Positions 62,613-64,000 of a DNA stretch of 64,000 bases are shown here, in pieces. Position 1 is the first letter of the stretch; the number at the start of each line of letters is the position of its first letter. The notes beneath the pieces were generated by a model. That model made no database searches. It was not told the origin of the DNA and was given only the letters and a program-made list of their open reading frames with translations. Both the position numbers and the translations under genes were made by a program. This stretch comes from Candidatus Woesearchaeota archaeon (lineage in GTDB: Archaea > Nanobdellota > Nanobdellia > Pacearchaeales > GW2011-AR1): NCBI GenBank assembly GCA_964621025.1, contig CAZUKQ010000003.1:1991-65990 (forward strand), written 5' to 3'.

Positions 62613-63563
62613 TTATTTTTTCTCAAGAATACTAATAATCTCAGAAACTTCTACCTTCTCTAATTCTGTTCCTATTATCTCAATATTGTTGAACAACTGG
62701 TTCTTTCTTACACTTCCAGACAACCAATATTCACTTCCTAAAAAGTCTTCTCTGAAAATATTCATCTTATCTAAATCTTTCAAGTTCTCTTCGGGGATTA
62801 ATTTAGAAATCTGCTCTGAAAATAAAACTGCTCTAACATTTTCAGTTCCATCGTCCAAAACAAAATTCATCAAAGCTCTTTCCTTTGGTTGAACCTTTCC
62901 ATGTTCTTGACATACGGAACCATCAACTTCTGCGATTACCTTCTTTCCACATTGAGGACACACATTGAAAAATCTTGGATTGAATAATTGAACAACCACT
63001 CCTCTAACTTTTACATTCTGTCCTGCCTGTACTTCTGCTAACGTCTTGTCTTGAGTTTGTCTTGCGGTTTTCACTTCACCAATAACTTTTGTACTAACCT
63101 TGAATTCAGAAAATCCAGATAAGTGTGCCTCACCTTCCCTCATTGTCGCATTTGCAATTTCGATAACAGAACCTTGCTTCACTGCTCCAGACTCAATTAA
63201 AGAGATATGATTTGTATCCCAAAGAACAACTCTAACATTCCCTGATTCATCAGCGACAATTAAATTTGCAACTTTTCCAGGTCTTCCATTTCGTTCAAAA
63301 TCTCTCACAGGAAATAAGTTTATAACTTTCCCAACGAAATTTGCCTTTCTCATTCCAGGCATTAATTCAGAAATCTTGAGTTGAACACTATCAAAAGTCA
63401 CACCCAATTCGGCAGCAATAATCTGAGCAGCGCCTTCACGAGAAATTAAACCAGATAATTTTGCCCTTCTATCTTCAATTTTTTTATCTACTTGTTCTTT
63501 TGATAAACCAGAAAAACTGATAATTCTCTCAACCAAAGCGACATAGTTATCCATCTCTAGCAA
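62613..63563 (-). CDS. Replication protein A-like ssDNA-binding protein (OB folds plus zinc finger)
   Basis: It has OB-fold-like repeats (FVGKVINLFPVRDFERNGRPGKVANLIVADESGNVRVVLWD) and the zinc motif CPQCGKKV...C.EHG. Confidence 0.65.
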   Translation of the reverse strand: MLEMDNYVALVERIISFSGLSKEQVDKKIEDRRAKLSGLISREGAAQIIAAELGVTFDSVQLKISELMPGMRKANFVGKVINLFPVRDFERNGRPGKVANLIVADESGNVRVVLWDTNHISLIESGAVKQGSVIEIANATMREGEAHLSGFSEFKVSTKVIGEVKTARQTQDKTLAEVQAGQNVKVRGVVVQLFNPRFFNVCPQCGKKVIAEVDGSVCQEHGKVQPKERALMNFVLDDGTENVRAVLFSEQISKLIPEENLKDLDKMNIFREDFLGSEYWLSGSVRKNQLFNNIEIIGTELEKVEVSEIISILEKK

Positions 63564-63610
63564 ACAAATCTAGACTTTATAAGGATTTGTGGGTTTCAGA
63601 CCATAATAAA

Positions 63611-63620
63611 CTTTATAAAT
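63611..63620 (+). promoter_or_regulatory. TATA-like promoter of the aEF-1beta gene
   Basis: CTTTATAAAT is centred ~25 nt upstream of the ATG at 63641. Confidence 0.45.
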
Positions 63621-63640
63621 CATCTTTCTTACCAAAGATT

Positions 63641-63913
63641 ATGGGAGTAGCACTAATCAAACTAAAAATAATGCCTGAAAGCCTAGACATAGAACTAGAA
63701 GACTTGAAAGTAAAGGTAAAAGAAAAAGTCACATCTGTTGGTGGAGAAATAACAAAATTCGAAGAAGAACCAATTGCATTCGGATTAAAAGCACTTATTG
63801 CATTCATAAGACTTGACGAAAAAAAAGATACTAGCGTTGTAGAAAATGTAATGAAAGAAGTTGAGGGAGTTTCTTCTTCAGATATAATTGATTACAGAAG
63901 AGCAGTAGAATAA
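63641..63913 (+). CDS. ef1b: Elongation factor 1-beta (aEF-1beta)
   Basis: MGVALIKLKIMPESLDIELEDL...EEEPIAFGLKALIAFIRLDE...VEGVSSSDIIDYRR matches aEF-1beta. I place the start at 63641 rather than the track's 63587, based on family length (~90 aa) and TATA spacing. Confidence 0.85.
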   Translation: MGVALIKLKIMPESLDIELEDLKVKVKEKVTSVGGEITKFEEEPIAFGLKALIAFIRLDEKKDTSVVENVMKEVEGVSSSDIIDYRRAVE

Positions 63914-64000
63914 TTCTAATATTTTCCCCATCTTATATCTTTCCAAATTCTTTCGTGAACAAAAAACAAAGCTATTTTTACTAAACTCAGGGCTAGGGTA

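Noticed and set aside
63989-64000. GGGCTAGGGTA at the right edge as the possible 5' end of a tRNA
   Set aside because: Only 11-12 nt are present, which is too little to fold or assign.
1-64000. CRISPR arrays, rRNA genes, transposases/integrases, prophage or defence-system genes
   Set aside because: There are no regularly spaced direct repeats and no rRNA-like conserved stretches. None of the ORFs shows integrase, transposase, Cas, restriction-modification or toxin-antitoxin catalytic motifs that I could recognise. The RHH protein has no adjacent toxin-like partner.

Overview
AT-rich, very gene-dense archaeal window. The archaeal call rests on eS17, eS8, eL42/L44e, eS1/S3Ae, eS27, uS15, TFB, Alba, EndA, aIF2-alpha, Nop10, aEF-1beta, GINS, a RecJ/Cdc45-like DHH protein, RPA, SRP54/FtsY, an Sm protein and Bud32. 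Small genes, many apparently leaderless transcripts, a bacterial-type MetK and many pilin-like proteins suggest a DPANN-type episymbiont (Woesearchaeota/Pacearchaeota-like); that placement is inference only. I found 7 tRNAs: Met-CAT, Cys-GCA, Arg-TCT, Leu-TAA, Val-GAC, Thr-TGT with a 23-nt intron, and Gln-TTG. There is no rRNA, CRISPR array, transposase, integrase or reverse transcriptase. By coordinates, about 30 kb of the 64 kb (nearly half) encodes cell-surface machinery. (1) An array of at least 7 small genes with prepilin-type (class III) signal peptides lies at 1-2978. (2) An operon at 5894-14767 encodes a 44-aa ribbon-helix-helix protein translationally coupled to a 2476-aa protein with six LamG lectin domains, followed by two membrane proteins. 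(3) A prepilin peptidase and a FlaJ/TadC-like platform protein lie at 18895-22043, with no assembly ATPase in the window. (4) A ~13-kb cluster at 27599-40754 encodes six secreted or membrane proteins, including a 1895-aa orphan giant, an HYR/TSP1-like protein and two proteins with pilin-type N-termini. (5) A paralogous cassette at 58834-61114 fuses a pilin N-terminus to a cysteine-rich repeat region and a LamG domain. I read this as a largely uncharacterised pilus-linked adhesion or host-contact system. Other points are a GC-rich multi-hairpin candidate ncRNA next to tRNA-Met, non-canonical tRNA T-loops, and small genes below the ORF-track cutoff (eS27, Nop10, RHH, mini-pilins, a Zn-ribbon protein). 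All domain calls were made by eye from motifs. No searches were run.
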